The notes: generated from the letters alone by a model not told the origin. Shown: positions 8,373 through 18,794, numbered from the stretch's first letter. The stretch: DNA of 64,000 bases from Sphingomonadales bacterium (GCA_016872215.1 VHAX01000006.1:5115-69114); one strand, 5' to 3'. Numbers and translations: made by a program.

Positions 8373-10841
8373 TCAACCCATGAGCCTGATGCGCAGACTC
8401 AGGCGGCGGGGCATGGAGGGACCGTATCGGTAAGACGCGTCCCTTACGGGCCCTACACTCAGGTCGTTTTGGTAGTTGTTCATACAGTTCTGGCACCCCA
8501 GTTCCGTGGCCATACGCAGTCGTGCACCTACTTTCCATAGTTTCTCGATCCACAAATCATGCTGACCCATGGCAGGGGTTCGCATGAGTGTCAATTCTCC
8601 TTGTGTGGTGGCATCCGTACGGGTTGTCCACATTGACCCGGTGAATTGCTGGTTGTACTGCAGCCACCACCCCCGGCTGAGGGCACGTCGTATGGTGAAG
8701 TAGCCACTCCACACCGGACAGCGAAGCATTTCCCGGCTCCACAACTCGCCATTCGAACCATTGGACAGGCGCAAGGTCGACTCATATCGGGACTTTTGCA
8801 GGCTAATGGATGCATCCCACTGCCAGCCGCCCCCCGCCACCGATCCTCGTGCCCCCAGCACCATTCCAAGCACCCGCGCATCGGGCCCATTCGATTTTTG
8901 CCAAATTATGGCGCCCCCCAATGCAGTGTCGAGATTGTTCAGCAGCAGGGGCCGCATCAAACGGGTATGAAAGCCCTCTGCGGTAATCATACAGTTGCTT
9001 TCGCCCTCCGCCAGTGCATATTCTGCCGTGATTGAATAGCCCACCGATCGCTCCTCGCGCAGTTGGGGCGACCAGCGTATGCTGCGTATAGAACCGCCCA
9101 CCAGCTCCACATGCAGGTCTTCGGTGAACACCTGAGGGGCGCGATAGCCACCGGACCGCACCAGAGATAGGGCCAAACGGTTTTCCGGAGCCTGCCAACG
9201 GATCGAACTCCGCCAAATTCCAGGTTGCCTTATATAGCTTATGATTACTCTGCCCGTATCTTGCCGAAATTCACCTGACAGGTTCACGCCGTCGCTCCGC
9301 CATCCCAGATGCAATCGCCATGATGGATGTGGTTGTCCCTCAACCTGCGCAAACCGGCTCCAGGTGAGCATTTGTTGCGCTATGCTTCGTTCCACCACAG
9401 GAAGGGCATCCGTCAAGTGTTTTCGGTTAAGCTCCGAACCCGCCAGCAGTCGCCAACCCGTAAAGAGACGGGTGTTCCATCGGAAACCAGTCTGTGTAAT
9501 CTGTTCATTCGACTGTCCATACTGGCTTATGTGACTGTCATTCCAGCCCGACCATACGCCCATCGGGCCCGTCTCTCGTCCGGTGCCGGAATGGGGCGGA
9601 GCTAGGCTATCACCCGAACCGCCGTAGAATGCCTTTCGTTGCGCCGCCTGCCGCGATAGGTAGAACCGGGCCTCGCGGTCGGTGAGCTCGTTGCGGTATG
9701 TGGCCTCGAGGTGACCCGAAAGGGATCGCTGGAGGATCTCTTCAGTGAGGCGTGCCTGTGGCGCAGCTACATACCAGTCGCTCCCTCCACGCCGTTCCTC
9801 TTCAATGGCGAGGCTGTTTAGACGGATGTTCCAGGTGCGTGACAGGCGCTTCTCTATCAAAAATCCTGTGGATGTGCCCCTCAGTCGCGCCACCTCGCTG
9901 AATCCATCGCCATCGTGGTCGTAGGGGGAGCGCAAACGGTGGTTGATGAAAGCCGTTGCGCTTGTCGGCCGCTTGTGAATCTTGTCGCGGCCCGTGGTAG
10001 GTTGCGGTCGTTGGGCCCAATCGGCATGCACACGCCAGAGGTGGTCGTCTGCACTTCCCCTATGCAGGATCGACGATTGCTGGAGCGCCCCCCAGCCCCG
10101 TTCTTGCGCCCTGCGTGTCACCACATTCACCACTCCACCCACGGCGTTTGCTGCGTAGGCAGCGGATCCTCCCCCCCTGAGCACTTCAATCCGGTCGATC
10201 AGGGCAGTCGGCAGGTGGTCGAGCCCATACGCCGTGTTGAGTCCACCCACGAGCGATTGCCCGTCGATCAATATCTGGGTGTACGGACCAGCCAGTCCGT
10301 TCAGTCGAACCTGAGTGTATCCACAGGTCTGGCAGTTGTTCTCTACCTGCACACCCGGTGTGTAGGGCAATGCCTCACCCAAATGGGTGGCGTTGACCTG
10401 TTCAATCCGCCGCGCGTCGATCGATTTGACCTCGGCCGGTGCACCGCAACTAATGTCTATCGCACTTTCAATCTGAACCTCTTCCAACTCTACCACTGCG
10501 GGTCGCAGGGTCACCGAAACGCCCTGGCAACCCCTATCACCCAGATCCAGGCGCAGGGTTTGGTAGCCAACGCTTCTGAAAATCAGTTGTTTTGGAGGAT
10601 GTTGACTCTGCAATTGAAACACCCCGCCGCCGTCGGTCGTGGTGGCAGCGCCCGTAGATGTTTGAACGCTTGCCGCTGGTGCGGGTATGGAATCGATTCG
10701 TTCGCCTATGTTTATGCGCAGCCAGACGCGGCCCGAACAATCAGACCCCGTCGCAGCTTGTTGCCCACTCACCTGACTGATCTGGGTCATCAACAGCCCC
10801 GCAAGCAAGCCGATGTAACGGTATGAGATCCCTCTGAGCAT
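8373..10841 (-). CDS. TonB-dependent outer-membrane receptor with N-terminal carboxypeptidase-regulatory-like domain
   Basis: Signal peptide, CarbopepD_reg-like segment, plug motifs (IDRIEVLRGGGSAAYAANAVGGVVNVVTRR) and a long beta-barrel region. Confidence 0.75.
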   Translation of the reverse strand: MLRGISYRYIGLLAGLLMTQISQVSGQQAATGSDCSGRVWLRINIGERIDSIPAPAASVQTSTGAATTTDGGGVFQLQSQHPPKQLIFRSVGYQTLRLDLGDRGCQGVSVTLRPAVVELEEVQIESAIDISCGAPAEVKSIDARRIEQVNATHLGEALPYTPGVQVENNCQTCGYTQVRLNGLAGPYTQILIDGQSLVGGLNTAYGLDHLPTALIDRIEVLRGGGSAAYAANAVGGVVNVVTRRAQERGWGALQQSSILHRGSADDHLWRVHADWAQRPQPTTGRDKIHKRPTSATAFINHRLRSPYDHDGDGFSEVARLRGTSTGFLIEKRLSRTWNIRLNSLAIEEERRGGSDWYVAAPQARLTEEILQRSLSGHLEATYRNELTDREARFYLSRQAAQRKAFYGGSGDSLAPPHSGTGRETGPMGVWSGWNDSHISQYGQSNEQITQTGFRWNTRLFTGWRLLAGSELNRKHLTDALPVVERSIAQQMLTWSRFAQVEGQPHPSWRLHLGWRSDGVNLSGEFRQDTGRVIISYIRQPGIWRSSIRWQAPENRLALSLVRSGGYRAPQVFTEDLHVELVGGSIRSIRWSPQLREERSVGYSITAEYALAEGESNCMITAEGFHTRLMRPLLLNNLDTALGGAIIWQKSNGPDARVLGMVLGARGSVAGGGWQWDASISLQKSRYESTLRLSNGSNGELWSREMLRCPVWSGYFTIRRALSRGWWLQYNQQFTGSMWTTRTDATTQGELTLMRTPAMGQHDLWIEKLWKVGARLRMATELGCQNCMNNYQNDLSVGPVRDASYRYGPSMPRRLSLRIRLMG

Positions 10842-10850
10842 TCGGTTCGT

Positions 10851-10968
10851 GTGGTTCGTTTAGGTTGATGGCAGAAGTATAACTAGGTATCTGGTAAAAG
10901 TGGTTCGTTTAGGTTGATGGCAGAAGTACTATGGGCATCAGGTAAAAGTGGTTCGTTTAGGTTGATGG
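10851..10968. repeat. Three tandem direct repeats (period ~49 bp) upstream of the TonB-dependent receptor gene
   Basis: GTGGTTCGTTTAGGTTGATGGCAGAAGTA starts at 10851 and 10899. A third, partial copy GTGGTTCGTTTAGGTTGATGG starts at 10948. A TTCGGTTCGT half-unit also lies at 10841-10850. Confidence 0.7.
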
Positions 10969-11024
10969 TTTAACTGCAATGGGAATCCTCAAAAAGAGCG
11001 ATTTGACACTACAAAAATAGAACA

Positions 11025-11054
11025 ATCTAAATAAATATTTAGACTAATCTAAAT
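11025..11054. promoter_or_regulatory. Composite AT-rich palindromic operator-like site (ATCTAAAT-n-ATTTAGACTAATCTAAAT)
   Basis: Inverted half-sites ATCTAAAT / ATTTAGAc / ATCTAAAT. The core ATTTAGACTAATCTAA matches the palindrome at 53417-53433 upstream of the metal ABC operon in 15 of 16 positions. Confidence 0.35.
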
Positions 11055-11108
11055 TAAAAGATGACTTTAATATTTGGGGGCATCAACAACCTTGGTTATT
11101 TTCACTAA

Positions 11109-11588
11109 ATGAAATGGTCATACAGGTTTTTTTTTCGGTGGATGATTTTCAGGCGTCTCCCCCTGGCCTGGCTGGCGGGACTGCAGTTACAATCGTGCGA
11201 TGATCTTAAGTGTACAATATCACTAAGACATGGGTGGTTGAACCAGAATCCCTTCCGTTCCATTTATTTTGCCGCCCTTATGATGGCCGGCGAAATGGCG
11301 GGTGGACTACCAGCACTCCTGCACATACGGAAAAGGGGCTACAACAGCGCCATGCTCGTGACCCAAATCGAGGCGTCGTTCTACAAAAAGGCTGTCGGAC
11401 GGATCACGTTCCGCTTCGAAGAAGTGGCCGCTATGAGGGCAGCAGTCGATGCCGCACAACTGTCGCCCGACCAGGGCGCCACCTACCTGGCCATCACCCG
11501 CGCATACAATGAGAGGGGCGACAAAATAGCCGAGGTGCGTGCCCTCTGGAGCTTCCGCGCCCGTAATGCTGACCGCCGGCAAAACTGA
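11109..11588 (+). CDS. DUF4442-like hotdog-fold (thioesterase superfamily) protein
   Basis: About 150 aa whose pattern (SIYFAALMMAGEMAGG ... ITFRFEE) resembles the DUF4442/PaaI-like hotdog family. The true start may be an internal Met. Confidence 0.4.
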   Translation: MKWSYRFFFRWMIFRRLPLAWLAGLQLQSCDDLKCTISLRHGWLNQNPFRSIYFAALMMAGEMAGGLPALLHIRKRGYNSAMLVTQIEASFYKKAVGRITFRFEEVAAMRAAVDAAQLSPDQGATYLAITRAYNERGDKIAEVRALWSFRARNADRRQN

Positions 11589-11679
11589 ATCAGAACTATT
11601 GCCAAAACAGATATGAATCCGCCACCAATTATAGGCGGGTAACCAGTTCCATCATCTAATCGGGCAAAAAATGTAATAA

Positions 11680-12360
11680 CTAAGCAGGGCTAAAGACCTC
11701 CGTCATCAGCAGAGAACCTGAGCTGTATCGCACCTCAACCCATCCATCCCCGGCCACCTCATTGCTGCAGCCGATTCGTCCGCCCATTTCCATCGCCTCG
11801 CAATTGAGCGGATAAACGAGGTTTTGGGTCACGATGCCCCCGGCCCTGCCCATGGGCATAAGAGAAAGCGTCGTTCCGGCCGCATACCATTTTCGAAAAA
11901 CACGGGGCAACAAAAACGTTCGGGATTGATCGTCGATCAGGTTTAAGGTAATGCAATCTCCATACTCTGCCAAAACACTGAAGTGCGCCAGAAAATGGTC
12001 GCTGCGCCCCCCGCCGGCCCAGATGATGTGCGCTGAAGGGTGACCCCGTTCTATCAGGAAATCGAGACCCTTCTGTAAATCGGTCTTATTGGGGTCGGGG
12101 CGGAATAAAATCTCGGGTTTGCCTGGTTCAGCCGTATGGGGTAGGCCGGTAGACGAGATGGCTTTAGTGCTGTCGAAATCACCCAAAACCGCATCCACTG
12201 TGATGTTTAGTTCCCTCAGGCGATCGTAGGCGCCGTCCAGAGCCAAAAGGTAGGGACACCATTCAAGCAGGGCGGTCAACAGGTCATGACTGCACGCATC
12301 GCCGTTGGCCACCACGAGGGCAGGTTCTTGCAGTTCGCGTACAAAGTGGTGACTGCTCAC
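11680..12360 (-). CDS. Thiamine diphosphokinase
   Basis: 226 aa with a GGRSDH motif and overall TPK-like layout (catalytic N-terminal domain plus C-terminal thiamine-binding domain). Confidence 0.5.
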   Translation of the reverse strand: MSSHHFVRELQEPALVVANGDACSHDLLTALLEWCPYLLALDGAYDRLRELNITVDAVLGDFDSTKAISSTGLPHTAEPGKPEILFRPDPNKTDLQKGLDFLIERGHPSAHIIWAGGGRSDHFLAHFSVLAEYGDCITLNLIDDQSRTFLLPRVFRKWYAAGTTLSLMPMGRAGGIVTQNLVYPLNCEAMEMGGRIGCSNEVAGDGWVEVRYSSGSLLMTEVFSPA

Positions 12361-12366
12361 AGTCGC

Positions 12367-13536
12367 CTATAGCTGTTTGTAGAGGCTGCGGGCAATCACA
12401 ATCCGCTGTACCTCCGATGTGCCTTCGTAGATCTGGGTGATTTTGGCATCGCGCATCAAACGCTCCACATGGTATTCCTTCACATAGCCATAGCCACCGT
12501 GCACCTGAACCGCTTCGGTGGTTACCTTCATAGCGACCGATGAGGCGAACAATTTGGCCTGCGCACTGGCACTGTCGTAGTCGAGGTCCTGATCCTTCAA
12601 CCAGGCGGCCTTGAGACACAACAGTCGGGCCGCCTCGATTTCTGTGGCCATATCGGCCAGCTTAAATTGGATGGCCTGGTGGTTCATGATTTCTGTGCCG
12701 AATGCCTTGCGCTCCCTGGCGTACTGAACCGAAAGTTCATAGGCTCCCGAGGCTATGCCGAGCGCCTGAGCTGCTATACCGATCCGTCCGCCCGACAAAA
12801 CCTTCATGGCGAATTTGAAGCCGAAGCCGTCCTCGCCAATGCGGTGGCTTTTTGGAACCTTCACATCGGTAAACATAATGCTGTGCGTGTCGCTACCCCG
12901 AATGCCCATCTTGTCCTCTTTTTTCCCCACCTGGAAACCAGGCCATTCACGCTCCACAATAAAGGCATTGATGCCCCGGTGGCCCTTCTTCACATCAGTT
13001 TGGGCAATGACGATGTAAACCGCCGCACTATTACCGTTGGTGATCCAGTTTTTTGTTCCATTCAGCAGATAATGGTCACCCATATCGATGGCTGTGGTGC
13101 GCTGTGAGGTGGCATCAGAACCCGCTTCAGGCTCCGAAAGGCAGAAAGCGCCAATTTTCCGGCCGGCTGTGAGGTCGGGTAGGTAGCGCATCTTCAACTC
13201 TTCACTGGCATAAGTTTCAACGCCCCAACAAACCAATGAGTTGTTGACCGACATGCAGACAGAAGCAGAAGCGTCGATTTTGGATATTTCCTCCATCGCC
13301 AGCACGTAGGAAATGGTGTCCATACCCCCTCCACCATATTGCGGACTTACCATCATGCCCATCAATCCGAGATCTCCCATCATGCGGATCTCATCGGTCG
13401 GGAATTTTTGAAGGTTGTCGCGCTCAATAACCCCGGGCAACAATTGATTGCGTGCAAAATCGCGTGCGGCGTGACGAATCATTTCGTGTTCTTCGGTAAA
13501 ATGTAGCTGCATAGGGAAGAGAAAATATAAGGGCAC
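12367..13536 (-). CDS. Acyl-CoA dehydrogenase (short/medium-chain type)
   Basis: 389 aa with typical ACAD N-terminal, middle and C-terminal domains, a catalytic-base region YEGTSEVQ and FAD-binding motifs. Confidence 0.85.
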   Translation of the reverse strand: MPLYFLFPMQLHFTEEHEMIRHAARDFARNQLLPGVIERDNLQKFPTDEIRMMGDLGLMGMMVSPQYGGGGMDTISYVLAMEEISKIDASASVCMSVNNSLVCWGVETYASEELKMRYLPDLTAGRKIGAFCLSEPEAGSDATSQRTTAIDMGDHYLLNGTKNWITNGNSAAVYIVIAQTDVKKGHRGINAFIVEREWPGFQVGKKEDKMGIRGSDTHSIMFTDVKVPKSHRIGEDGFGFKFAMKVLSGGRIGIAAQALGIASGAYELSVQYARERKAFGTEIMNHQAIQFKLADMATEIEAARLLCLKAAWLKDQDLDYDSASAQAKLFASSVAMKVTTEAVQVHGGYGYVKEYHVERLMRDAKITQIYEGTSEVQRIVIARSLYKQL

Positions 13537-13672
13537 AAAGATAAGCGCATAAGGGCTTCCTATGGCTTGTGTTGAGTTGTGTTTCGTTATCCTATAAGAC
13601 GATGGAGGCCAATTTTGAAAGGTGCCGTTTTTTCAGATCGTTGATAGCAGGGAGAAAGCTGTTCTGTGTTTA

Positions 13673-14848
13673 CTAAAACAGGAGGGGAGAAAGATGTTCC
13701 GCCCACAGGTCGAGGATATCCTTACGGATGGTGGCGTTCACTGTTATAGCCAGTAGAATGGAGACCAGAAGGCCAATGCCCACCATCAGGATGTCTTTGC
13801 CAATTAACCTGAATGTTTTCTTCCAGCGCACCTCACCATGGTAGCCCGACAGCGTCATACCGATTTCTCTTCCGGCAAACAGTCCGATAAAGGCCCAGGT
13901 GGTGCTCATGGGTACGGTATTCACAAGCGTAAACCAAAAAAGAACCGCAGCATACACCAGGTCAATCATGGTGGCGGCCCGAACATCCGTAACATCCGAT
14001 TTCTCGTCGACTACATTTTGGATTTTATCTCCCCTCAAATAAAAAAGCAGGGCCAATCCCGCGAAAATAAATGCGCAAAAAAAGATAAGTTGCTCAACGG
14101 ATAAACTGCGCGGAAGGAAAACGGCCACATTGGCCGCATCCTGTGCAATCCAGAGATACCACAAAGTGCCACTGGTGATCCACTGAAAGCCTGTCCAAAT
14201 GTGACTAGCCTCACCGCGCTGGAGCCAGCGCAAGGGTTTCGACAGCAGCCACCAAATCAGAAGGGCAATAAAAAATGCGATGAAATATCCGGAAACGCTT
14301 TTCTGCAGCATACCCGTTACCGTTCCCAGAGTTCCGGAAAAGGAGGTGAGCAACATAAAAGTGGTACTCACAGGGATGCGCAGTCGGGTAATAACCAAAA
14401 GCATTAATGGGGACGTCAATTGTAAAAACGAAAATTCAGTTGGAGACTCTGTTAGTCCTTTGCTCTGTAATCTCTGGTAGGATACATCCCCATCGTAGAG
14501 CGACCAGCTGACTACTATGGCCACCACAAAAAGGCTTCCGATGTAGAGCCAAAGGTAATACCAGGGATAGCGGTGATTCGATGATATGAATGTACCGATT
14601 GTCTGAATGCTGTCGTTGGCTACGGCCGAATAGCCTGCAAGCATAAATCCCAACCACATGGCGAGCTGGGGATATGGAGAAAGGGCCGCACACAAAGACA
14701 GCAGCACCAAAACAAGCAGGTAGAATTTACGCTCAGCGTGCAGGTGCACCATCAAGGTGCCCGCAGATTTGCCGGTTACCAGGGCAGGCGCAGTGGACGA
14801 TTTTTTACCTTTCGATTTTTTGCCCTTCATAGGGTGATTCGGGTGCAA
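13673..14848 (-). CDS. Inorganic phosphate transporter, PiT family
   Basis: Polytopic membrane protein with two copies of the PiT signature (AVANDSIQTIG and IAQDAANVAVF). Confidence 0.6.
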   Translation of the reverse strand: MHPNHPMKGKKSKGKKSSTAPALVTGKSAGTLMVHLHAERKFYLLVLVLLSLCAALSPYPQLAMWLGFMLAGYSAVANDSIQTIGTFISSNHRYPWYYLWLYIGSLFVVAIVVSWSLYDGDVSYQRLQSKGLTESPTEFSFLQLTSPLMLLVITRLRIPVSTTFMLLTSFSGTLGTVTGMLQKSVSGYFIAFFIALLIWWLLSKPLRWLQRGEASHIWTGFQWITSGTLWYLWIAQDAANVAVFLPRSLSVEQLIFFCAFIFAGLALLFYLRGDKIQNVVDEKSDVTDVRAATMIDLVYAAVLFWFTLVNTVPMSTTWAFIGLFAGREIGMTLSGYHGEVRWKKTFRLIGKDILMVGIGLLVSILLAITVNATIRKDILDLWAEHLSPLLF

Positions 14849-14953
14849 AATGCCACATTCACTTGATTGGAAGGCCTTTGAAATATTATAATTTTGTTAA
14901 GAATCACCCTTCGCTGTCAAACGAGTGCAAAGCGATATTCATTTTGGAGTGGA

Positions 14954-15358
14954 TCATGACAGTATAAATGGGGCCACCAACGTGAATGCGGGTACTTCCA
15001 CCCTTAGTTTTTCACCAGAAGGGAGTTGACCTAAAAAAAATCCATGCATTCGTCCCAACGGGTGAACAATCGGGCAGTAGGAACTGTATTCATGCCGACC
15101 CCCTGGCGGGATTTCCGGGTATTCGCCCACCAGTCCCTCACCCGAAACTTCACGGCGAATGACTGGTCCATCCGCGATAAACCACTGCCTGCGTGTCAAG
15201 CGGATTGGAAAAGACCCATGGTTTATGATGCAAACATGGTAGGCGAATACATAACCCTGGCTTTGCGGGGTGGAGTGTTCGGGCTTGTACTCGGGTTGAA
15301 CCCGAACCTCAATAGAGCCGGTGGTCGACGATACCATACCAACAAATATAGAGGACAA
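14954..15358 (-). CDS. apaG: ApaG domain (DUF525) protein
   Basis: 134 aa with ApaG-like motifs RRQWFIADGPVIRREVSGEGLVGEYPEIPPGGRHEYSSYCPI. Confidence 0.65.
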   Translation of the reverse strand: MSSIFVGMVSSTTGSIEVRVQPEYKPEHSTPQSQGYVFAYHVCIINHGSFPIRLTRRQWFIADGPVIRREVSGEGLVGEYPEIPPGGRHEYSSYCPIVHPLGRMHGFFLGQLPSGEKLRVEVPAFTLVAPFILS

Positions 15359-15372
15359 ACGGGTAGTTCAAA

Positions 15373-15903
15373 TCAGACTGGCTTGAACTGCTCAAAGGCC
15401 TGCAGGCAGTCGAAGCAGTAGTGCATCGAACGGCATAAGGTAGGACCGAAAGGGGTTTTGAGAGTGGTGTTGACCGATGAGCAATAGGGACATTCTGTAT
15501 GCTTCAACCGGTCGAGGTCGGGCTCGCCGTTGTGCCTGGGGGGAGGCGCCAGGCCGAAATTACGAATGACTTCCCGCCCCTTTTCGCTGATGCGGTTGCT
15601 GTTCCAGGTAACACTGAAATCGGTTTCAACCCGCACGTCGCGGTAGCCCAGAAGCCCGACCGCCTCTCCCACTTGTTTTTCCAAAAGGCGAATGGCGGGG
15701 CATCCGGTAAAGGTGGGGGTCATCCGAACGGAAACCGAATTGTCGCCGGACAGCTCTACCGCGGTGATGATGCCCAGATCAACAACCGACAAAGTGGGAA
15801 TTTCCGGGTCCATAACCGTGTGCAGGGCATCCCAAATAGCATCGAGACCCGGATTGTTCGCTGCCGATGCGGCGCTGGGGAGAGTGTTGGGCTGGTTTAC
15901 CAT
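15373..15903 (-). CDS. paaD: 1,2-phenylacetyl-CoA epoxidase subunit D (DUF59/MIP18 domain plus C-terminal Cys-rich zinc ribbon)
   Basis: DUF59 motif (MDPEIPTLSVVDLGII) and C-terminal CPYC...C..C cysteines. It follows paaC with an overlapping start/stop. Confidence 0.7.
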   Translation of the reverse strand: MVNQPNTLPSAASAANNPGLDAIWDALHTVMDPEIPTLSVVDLGIITAVELSGDNSVSVRMTPTFTGCPAIRLLEKQVGEAVGLLGYRDVRVETDFSVTWNSNRISEKGREVIRNFGLAPPPRHNGEPDLDRLKHTECPYCSSVNTTLKTPFGPTLCRSMHYCFDCLQAFEQFKPV

Positions 15904-16691
15904 TCGGCCTGGGGGTCGAGACGAAATACTTCAGTCATTTCGGTGAGCAGCGGTTGCAGGAATTCAGTGTGGTAGCCTTTACGTCCCCCATACACGGGCT
16001 CCGTCCGATCGGGGTCGGGGAGGTGTAATCCGGCACTCTCCAAAATGGTATGCAAGGCTTCCAGCCACCTTTCCCTCCATTTCGCTTCAATAGGGGCGAT
16101 GTTTGCATCATCGAGAATTTGCTCGTCTGGGCGTGACTCAAACATACCCAATGCCAAGCCAAATTGCCTGTTGATGGTCGTTTGCAGTCGGGAACGTACG
16201 GTTTCGCTACTGTTGCCCAGCTGGCCCACCATAGTTTTAGCGTGGAACATATGATATTTCACCTCCCCCCTGATTTTGGTGGCTAATTGGGCCAGGGGTT
16301 TGAAGGATGAATGCGACAAGGTCTCCATACGCAGTCCCGCCGCGAGGTCGAAAAACAGGTGACGCACGAGGCTGAAATCGTATTCACCAATCGGCCACTC
16401 CACGAGCTGGCAGCAGGAAAATGCGGCTTCATTGCGGGTGAAGGCATGAATATCGGGGTCGGGGGTGCCGAAATACTCATGGAGCAGGGTATAAAAGCCA
16501 AGAGCGTGCCCCATCTGATCCTGCGCAATCGATGAGAAGGCGATATCTTCTTCCAAAATCGGCCCGAGGCCGGTCCATTCCGAATGGCGGTGACCCAGAA
16601 TCAGGTGATCATCGGCCAGGGCGGTTAATAAATGTCGAAGCGGCTCTAGATGAGTCTCCTCGATGGGGACGCTATTAAGGGGTAAGTTCAT
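15897..16691 (-). CDS. paaC: 1,2-phenylacetyl-CoA epoxidase subunit C
   Basis: 264-aa ferritin-like di-iron-family fold protein in the conserved position between paaB and paaD. Confidence 0.7.
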   Translation of the reverse strand: MNLPLNSVPIEETHLEPLRHLLTALADDHLILGHRHSEWTGLGPILEEDIAFSSIAQDQMGHALGFYTLLHEYFGTPDPDIHAFTRNEAAFSCCQLVEWPIGEYDFSLVRHLFFDLAAGLRMETLSHSSFKPLAQLATKIRGEVKYHMFHAKTMVGQLGNSSETVRSRLQTTINRQFGLALGMFESRPDEQILDDANIAPIEAKWRERWLEALHTILESAGLHLPDPDRTEPVYGGRKGYHTEFLQPLLTEMTEVFRLDPQAEW

Positions 16692-17073
16692 GGCTCATTT
16701 TTTCTCGGTACTCATCAATTTTATCATTTACCTTGTAGCCACCAGGGTCGCGATACGACTTTTCGGGGGTGGTGGCAAACATATCCTGATCCCCGTAGTC
16801 GAGGGCCAGTACGTGACGGGTATCCACCACCCACAGATTGGCCGTTTCACCCCTGCGACCAAATTGTTCCTTGGCATAAACCATGGCCAACTCCGGACTG
16901 GGTGCATGCACAATCCCCACCGCACCGTGGCGGTCGCCACGCTTTTTCTGATGAAACACCTGATAAGTGCCCCAATGGTCGTGGGGCGGCAGGGTATCAG
17001 CTGCCCCCGGTTCGTGGATGTGTAAGCCGAGGCGGTTGACCCGCGGGTCGAGTGAGCGAATCTCTACAGACAT
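16675..17073 (-). CDS. paaB: 1,2-phenylacetyl-CoA epoxidase subunit B
   Basis: Small PaaB-like protein (MVYAKEQFGRRGE, LWVV) immediately downstream of paaA. Confidence 0.75.
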   Translation of the reverse strand: MSVEIRSLDPRVNRLGLHIHEPGAADTLPPHDHWGTYQVFHQKKRGDRHGAVGIVHAPSPELAMVYAKEQFGRRGETANLWVVDTRHVLALDYGDQDMFATTPEKSYRDPGGYKVNDKIDEYREKMSHELTP

Positions 17074-17084
17074 ATTGGTTTTGT

Positions 17085-18071
17085 TTAAGCCAGTGGGGTA
17101 ACGTACTGCGCATCGGCTTGTCGGAGGGCCTGACGTACCCAGGCGCCGTTTACTTCCGCCGCTTTCCGCACTGCCAATCGTTCAGCATTACAAGGGCCAT
17201 TGCCACGAATGACGGCGAAGAACTCCGCCCAATCGGGGTCGCCAAACAGCCATTTGCCACTCTCAGGATCCTTGCGGAGCTCAGCATCCGGAAGTGTTAG
17301 TCCCAATTCCTGTATTTTAGGCACATAGAGCGACAAAAACTGCTGCCGCATATCATCGTTCGTGGCCATTTTCACCTTCCACTTCATGAGGGTAAGTGTG
17401 TGCTCGCTCATTTCGTCGGATGGACCAAAAAAATGCATGATGGGCTTCCACCAGCGGTTGAGCGCATCCTGCAGCATGCTCCTCTGAAGAGGCGTGCCGG
17501 TGGCGAGGTACACAAACACGCTGTGCCCCTGCTTAAGGTGAAAACTCTCTTCATAGCAGATCCGCTCCAGGGCGCGACAATAAGGACCATATGAGCCCTT
17601 GCTGTTGGCCACCTGGTTCACGATAGCCGCGGCGTCGATCAGAAATCCGATGACGGCCACATCGGCCCATGTTTTGGCGGGGTAGTTGAATACATTCGAA
17701 TACTTTGATTTGCCATTGATCAGGTCGTTGGTCATAGCCTCGCGCGATTTACCCAAGGTCTCGGCGGCGCTGTACAACAACTGGGCATGCCCCACCTCAT
17801 CCTGCACCTTGGCCATAAGGGCGAGCTTGCGGCGAAAACCGGGTGCCCGCGTAATCCATGTGCCCTCCGGAAGCGCGCCGATGATCTCCGAATGGGCATG
17901 TTGTTCGATCATGCGGATCAGCTGCCGACGGTATTCGGCGGGCATCCAATCGCGGGGTTCTACTTTTTCACCCCGGGTCACGCGCTCTTCAAAGGTTGCA
18001 AGCATTTCAGGGTCGTCGTTCGACACGGTCTTGCGGGACTCTTCTTTTGGGATATAGCCTCCTCCGTACAT
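17085..18071 (-). CDS. paaA: 1,2-phenylacetyl-CoA epoxidase catalytic subunit A
   Basis: 328-aa di-iron oxygenase-like protein with ferritin-like EXXH spacing, at the head of the paaABCD block. Confidence 0.8.
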   Translation of the reverse strand: MYGGGYIPKEESRKTVSNDDPEMLATFEERVTRGEKVEPRDWMPAEYRRQLIRMIEQHAHSEIIGALPEGTWITRAPGFRRKLALMAKVQDEVGHAQLLYSAAETLGKSREAMTNDLINGKSKYSNVFNYPAKTWADVAVIGFLIDAAAIVNQVANSKGSYGPYCRALERICYEESFHLKQGHSVFVYLATGTPLQRSMLQDALNRWWKPIMHFFGPSDEMSEHTLTLMKWKVKMATNDDMRQQFLSLYVPKIQELGLTLPDAELRKDPESGKWLFGDPDWAEFFAVIRGNGPCNAERLAVRKAAEVNGAWVRQALRQADAQYVTPLA

Positions 18072-18107
18072 ATTATTGGGGGTTAAATTATTGGGGGATA
18101 AAAGGTA

Positions 18108-18779
18108 TTACAAACTGGGGTTGGATGGATTAAAATGAATGTTTTTCGGCCATTCTTCGTTTTGAATGGCTATGCCGGGGTCAATTTCCCCGGTCGACAT
18201 AAACCCAAACAGCAGCTGATCGCTGAGTTGCCGGGCAATTTCGCTGATGCTCAGCGGTCCGTCGGGGCGGTACCACTCGTGAAGGGCGTTCAAGGTCGAC
18301 AACAAGCCGGCGGCGGCGAGCTTCTCATTGATGGGGCGGAACAGTCCATCGCGCATTCCTTTTTGCAGGATTTCGATGAAGTAGTCGCGGTACTGGTGGC
18401 GCAGGTTGATGAAATGCCCCAAATGGGGTTCCGTGAGGTGCCTCCACTCCTGAGCGAATACCATCGATGCGTTGACATTGCCCGTCACCACCCGAACATG
18501 GCGATCTACGGCCATTCTCAACTGCATGGGCGCGGGCAAGTCCATTCGCATAATGGGCTCGAGTTGGGTGAAAAATTCTGTAGCCCGTTCAAAGAGTATG
18601 TTTTGGAGGACTTCCTCCTTAGATGAGTAGTGGTTGTAGATCGACGAGGCTTCCATTCCACTGGCCGCAGCCAAATCCCTCATAGAGGTGGCGGAAAAGC
18701 CTTTTTCGCGAAATAACCGAATGGCTGCTCGAAAAATCTTCTCTTTACTTCCCCGGATTGGTACTGATTTGAGCTTCAT
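18108..18779 (-). CDS. TetR/AcrR-family transcriptional regulator (PaaR-like)
   Basis: N-terminal TetR HTH (IFRAAIRLFREKGFSATSMRDLAAASGMEASSIYNHYSSKEEVL), first gene upstream of paaA on the same strand. Confidence 0.7.
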   Translation of the reverse strand: MKLKSVPIRGSKEKIFRAAIRLFREKGFSATSMRDLAAASGMEASSIYNHYSSKEEVLQNILFERATEFFTQLEPIMRMDLPAPMQLRMAVDRHVRVVTGNVNASMVFAQEWRHLTEPHLGHFINLRHQYRDYFIEILQKGMRDGLFRPINEKLAAAGLLSTLNALHEWYRPDGPLSISEIARQLSDQLLFGFMSTGEIDPGIAIQNEEWPKNIHFNPSNPSL

Positions 18780-18794
18780 GATGGATGCTTATAC

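Noticed and set aside
8557-10826. ORFs antisense to the TonB-dependent receptor (e.g. 9915..10826 + 303 aa, 8803..9216 - 137 aa)
   Set aside because: The receptor frame has plug and barrel motifs. The antisense frame is Arg/Pro-rich with no homology.
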